This document shows positions 43,979 to 47,455 of a stretch of 47,455 bases of DNA, one piece after another; within the stretch, counting starts at the first letter, position 1; every line of letters starts with the position of its first letter. The notes under the pieces were generated by a model. That model had not been told where the DNA came from, did not search any database, and was given only the letters and a program-made list of their open reading frames with translations. A program made the translations under genes and the position numbers. The DNA is from a virus (lineage: Duplodnaviria; Caudoviricetes). The DNA lies in IMG/VR virus record IMGVR_UViG_3300035659_000028, positions 1 through 47,455 of that record; one strand, given 5' to 3'.

Positions 43979-46900
43979 TGCCGGAACAATGGGAACAACA
44001 AGATAAGGTTGTCACCAGTGGTGCGGATTGGGAACAGAGTGATACTGTGGTTCCACGACCAGGTTTGCTCAAACGTGCCGGGACAGAACTCTATAATTTA
44101 ATACCAGAAACTATAAACGGTATTTTAACTACCGCAGCCAAATTTGGACCCGGTGAATTTGAACAAACACAACGGGCGCAAGAGGATATTCTCGCTGGTA
44201 AACACGGCCAGAAAGCAAAAGAAGAACTGGAACTTCATTTAGCAAAAGCGGAAAGACAGGCCAAACATTTGCAACCTATTCCTGTTTCCGCGCCCGTAAA
44301 CTTGGCTGAAAAAGGTGTGGACGTGGCTATCGGAACAGCTAAGTTCATAGCACAATTAGTCGCGTTAAAGCACGGTATGCCTGCTGGTACACCGGAAGGT
44401 GTCCTGTGGGAAATGCAAAACCTCGCGTCAGGGGGTACGCCTGGTCGTGGCGCGGCTATGTACGGTTTGTTCAGTGCGCCTGGCAAACTCATCCCAGGGG
44501 CATCCAAATTGGCCAAGGGCGGGCGATTGGCCGCTGAATCCACCTTACTCGGCGGGGCGTCGGCTATTGAACAGAAATTGACGACTGGTGAGATCAATTG
44601 GGAAGATGTGGCGATCCAGGCAGGTATCCCCGTGGCTTTGCGCAGTGTCAGGGCTATCAGGGCGGCTGTTCGACGGGGAGACCCGAAGATAATCAAGGCA
44701 GTTGGGGAGGTTATGGCAAAACAGGCCCCTCAAGAGGAGATCGTGCCCCCAGCGAAGCCACAGAAGCAAATGGGGGTCACGTTGGCAAACTATGACGAAA
44801 CCGTTAAACCCATTCAAGATAAGATTGATGTTTTGGAGGAATCTGGCGTCTCTCAGAATGATCCACGATTGAAACAATTCTATGAACAACGATTTGCAAT
44901 GGATGAACAAGCCATTGACGATTATATGTCGATTGTCCATAGCGCCCTCAAAGATACCGGGATAACAGACAATACTCTAACCTTCACACCAGAGTATTCA
45001 ATTGCTCAAGATGTTTACGGAGCACCCAAAGAAGGCAGTAAGAACAATCTTATAGCAATGGTTTATGAACGAGGCCAGGATGCGTTCTCGAACGAGATTG
45101 AAACGAAGAAAAAACTGGCTGAGAAGATATTTCGGTATCAAATGGAGAAACAAGGTATTGACCCAGAAGGGGTTTTGGGGCCTACATCCGCTTTGACTGA
45201 AACTGGAAAAGTACAGGTGCTTCGCAAAGCAGTTGATATTGCAGAGCGGGTACACGAATCCATCAAACAACAGTTGATGCCAAGATCGAAACAGGTTCTT
45301 CTTCCCGCTCCCGCGCCGGCGGCGGGGCAACAAGCGGGAAAACCTAACATTGAACGTACCTTTGACGAGGTCAATGCACTTAGCGAAAAACAACTGAAGG
45401 CCGAAGCCATATCTTTGAAGAAAACTCACGTCCAACTTGGAGCGGGCCAACAAGAATTTGAGGGGATGTATCTCTCGACAGAACAAGGTGGCAATCGTTA
45501 TGCAACACCAGAAACCCCTGCGAAAGAAATGTTGGCGGATATTCAGAATCCGAAAATCTTCCGTCACGCTACCGAATATGTGTCTTACCATGAGAAATTT
45601 CTACCTGAAGGTTGGAACTCTGATAATCTCGTTCCTCATCGTGAAAATCCCGAATGGCAACAGTTGAAAAAGGCTATTAAGGACGCGACGGGTTCATTGA
45701 AAGAACAGGGTTATGATTCTGTTTATCTGCCTGAGTCTAAGACCAACGAAGGTATTCTTGTTGTCTTCGACAGAGGCAAAGTAAAGCAGACTCCTCCCGC
45801 CCCCGCACCTGCGCCCGCACCTGCACCTGCGCCGGCAACCCCGGTTGTACCAGGAAACACCCAAACTGTAATAGACAAACTCGTACCTGAACTTGAAAAA
45901 AGTCTCAAGACACAGAAAAAACTCCGCAAGGGGGTTGAACTGGCCTATTCCAAAGAACGGGGAAGGCGGGCCGAGGCCCAGACCAAATATCTCTATGAAC
46001 TCTTGGCGGGAAAAATGGGTGAGACTGAGGCCATGTATAAGTCCAGGTCCAAGTTTGCTGATGAATTGATAGGTGAAGAAGACCGCATATCGCAAGAGGC
46101 TATTCCCCAACTCTCTGATACCGAGTGGGATGTTCTTCAACGTAAAGTCATTGATACATACCCGAAAGCGTTCCGGGCGTATAGTCGGCTCAGGGCGTCT
46201 GAAGCTATCAACAAAATAAGACGTGGCGAAGTGTTACAGAATAACGAAATCGAAGCGGTAAATAAAATCTTAGGGTTGAAAGTCAGTAAATTGCTTCGCA
46301 AACAACAACCATTTTCTGATAGATTACTCCGTAATCTTTTTGACGTTACTGGCCTAACTAAAGTGGTTGGTTCCAGTGGTGATATTTCCTACGCTTTCAA
46401 ACAAATATGGACCGGATTTTACCGAAGTCCTACAACCTGGGCCAGATCAGTGGTTAAGGGAACAAAAGCGTTCTTTTCCCAAGAACAATTCAATCGTTCT
46501 CAACAGGAAATCAAGGATTCAAAATACTATGAAGAAGCCCTTGAACACCGTCTCCAACTCACTGATATGGATGAATTTGGGTCCAGATCAAATGTTGAAG
46601 AATCGTTCCCTGGTCGTTTGGCAAGTAGTTGGCCGTTGGCCAGACAAGGTAATCGGGCGGCTGTTACAAAAGCCAATCAACTTAGGATGGGCCTCTATGA
46701 AAAGATACGCAATCTTTGGGAACGCCAAGGAGTTCCAATTACTGATGCACGGTTGAACAAATTGGCTGGAATGATAAATGATTTCAGCGGGCGAAGTAAC
46801 ATACCGAGGGGACCAAGGGTTCAAGCATTGTTTAATTTTCTGAACGTGATAGGTTACTCCCCTCGGTTCGCTCTAAGTCGGGTTAAAAACGTGGTTACTT

Positions 46901-47455
46901 TGTTTCATACACTTAGTACCGACCCATATATCGCTAAAGAAGGATTGAAGACTTTAGCAGGATACATAGCCACAACAACTACGATAGCTTTACTCGCTGA
47001 TATTCTGGGACATAAGGTCGAACTTAACCCATACTCAACTGATTGGATGAAACCAAAAAAGGGCCACACTCGTCTCGATTACCAAGCCGGGCACGGCCAG
47101 GTCATACGGTTTATCATCCAAATGGCAATAGCCAAACAGAAAACAGAGGCCGGAGAAATCAAGGATATATCACGTAAAGACGTGTTTATGAAATTCATAA
47201 AGTCTAAACGCGCTCCTATCATTGGCCTAATATCAGAAATTTGGACAGGTCGGGATTTCAGTGGACAACCTATTGAAGGAATTGGGGGTTGGACAAAAGA
47301 ACTTGTTGAACATTTTTTGTATCTATGGTTGGTTGATGCTGTTGATGCGTTTACTGACGCCCATGAATCAGAAGACTTACTTACCTCGCTCGGTCTTGGG
47401 GCCAAAGCCGCTGTTGCAAGTTGGGTGGGTATTGGTGTCCAGACCTATCCGCCAA
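43978..47455 (+). CDS. Large polyvalent/ejection protein (~1328 aa including 1..636) with ART-like and LPD38-like domains
   Basis: ATG coupled to upstream TAA; frame read by eye without stops to window end; GMYLST...IQNP...GYDSV...VVFD and TGRDFSGQPI motifs. Confidence 0.85.
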   Translation, partial: MPEQWEQQDKVVTSGADWEQSDTVVPRPGLLKRAGTELYNLIPETINGILTTAAKFGPGEFEQTQRAQEDILAGKHGQKAKEELELHLAKAERQAKHLQPIPVSAPVNLAEKGVDVAIGTAKFIAQLVALKHGMPAGTPEGVLWEMQNLASGGTPGRGAAMYGLFSAPGKLIPGASKLAKGGRLAAESTLLGGASAIEQKLTTGEINWEDVAIQAGIPVALRSVRAIRAAVRRGDPKIIKAVGEVMAKQAPQEEIVPPAKPQKQMGVTLANYDETVKPIQDKIDVLEESGVSQNDPRLKQFYEQRFAMDEQAIDDYMSIVHSALKDTGITDNTLTFTPEYSIAQDVYGAPKEGSKNNLIAMVYERGQDAFSNEIETKKKLAEKIFRYQMEKQGIDPEGVLGPTSALTETGKVQVLRKAVDIAERVHESIKQQLMPRSKQVLLPAPAPAAGQQAGKPNIERTFDEVNALSEKQLKAEAISLKKTHVQLGAGQQEFEGMYLSTEQGGNRYATPETPAKEMLADIQNPKIFRHATEYVSYHEKFLPEGWNSDNLVPHRENPEWQQLKKAIKDATGSLKEQGYDSVYLPESKTNEGILVVFDRGKVKQTPPAPAPAPAPAPAPATPVVPGNTQTVIDKLVPELEKSLKTQKKLRKGVELAYSKERGRRAEAQTKYLYELLAGKMGETEAMYKSRSKFADELIGEEDRISQEAIPQLSDTEWDVLQRKVIDTYPKAFRAYSRLRASEAINKIRRGEVLQNNEIEAVNKILGLKVSKLLRKQQPFSDRLLRNLFDVTGLTKVVGSSGDISYAFKQIWTGFYRSPTTWARSVVKGTKAFFSQEQFNRSQQEIKDSKYYEEALEHRLQLTDMDEFGSRSNVEESFPGRLASSWPLARQGNRAAVTKANQLRMGLYEKIRNLWERQGVPITDARLNKLAGMINDFSGRSNIPRGPRVQALFNFLNVIGYSPRFALSRVKNVVTLFHTLSTDPYIAKEGLKTLAGYIATTTTIALLADILGHKVELNPYSTDWMKPKKGHTRLDYQAGHGQVIRFIIQMAIAKQKTEAGEIKDISRKDVFMKFIKSKRAPIIGLISEIWTGRDFSGQPIEGIGGWTKELVEHFLYLWLVDAVDAFTDAHESEDLLTSLGLGAKAAVASWVGIGVQTYPP
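47329..47455. repeat. Exact terminal overlap (copy 2)
   Basis: Identical to 1-127. Confidence 0.95.

Noticed and set aside
44235-47405. Short ORFs listed by the track in the last 3.3 kb
   Set aside because: Off-frame or antisense shadows of the single long ORF starting at 43978
1-47455. Genome-wide stop-codon reassignment, tRNA genes, integrase/att site
   Set aside because: Core genes are intact in the standard code and end in TAA, TGA or TAG; no cloverleaf or recombinase motif recognised by eye

Overview
Apparently complete, circularly assembled dsDNA phage genome of 47,328 bp (bases 1-127 are repeated exactly at 47329-47455). It has podovirus-like architecture, with no tape-measure, sheath, integrase or recognisable endolysin. 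The minus-strand arm (849-23134) carries small early genes behind sigma70-type promoters, then a replication/recombination block: RecG, dNTP-pool enzymes, family A polymerase, VRR-NUC, two DNA methyltransferases, a Cas4-like nuclease, a Sak4-like ATPase, an SSB candidate and a primase-SF3 helicase. The plus-strand arm (23549 through the join to 814) carries two proteases, terminase, portal, scaffold, capsid, tail/nozzle and fibre genes, and ejection proteins. One of these is a ~1328-aa polyvalent protein with an ADP-ribosyltransferase-like domain, most of which the ORF track missed. Main observations: (1) tail nozzle and fibre-joint beta-domains appear split at equivalent points across separate ORFs, with two alternative 'plug-in' proteins sharing a C-terminal blade motif; (2) a full-length phage-borne RecG; (3) three classes of repeated cis-elements, namely a 21-25 bp AGTAGCCA...TATAAT box x3, a hairpin+AACCAGAACCT leader x3 and a 29-bp-periodic triple palindrome; (4) three paralogous EndoVII-like Zn fingers lacking the nuclease motif. 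All family assignments come from motif recognition by eye; no database search was run.
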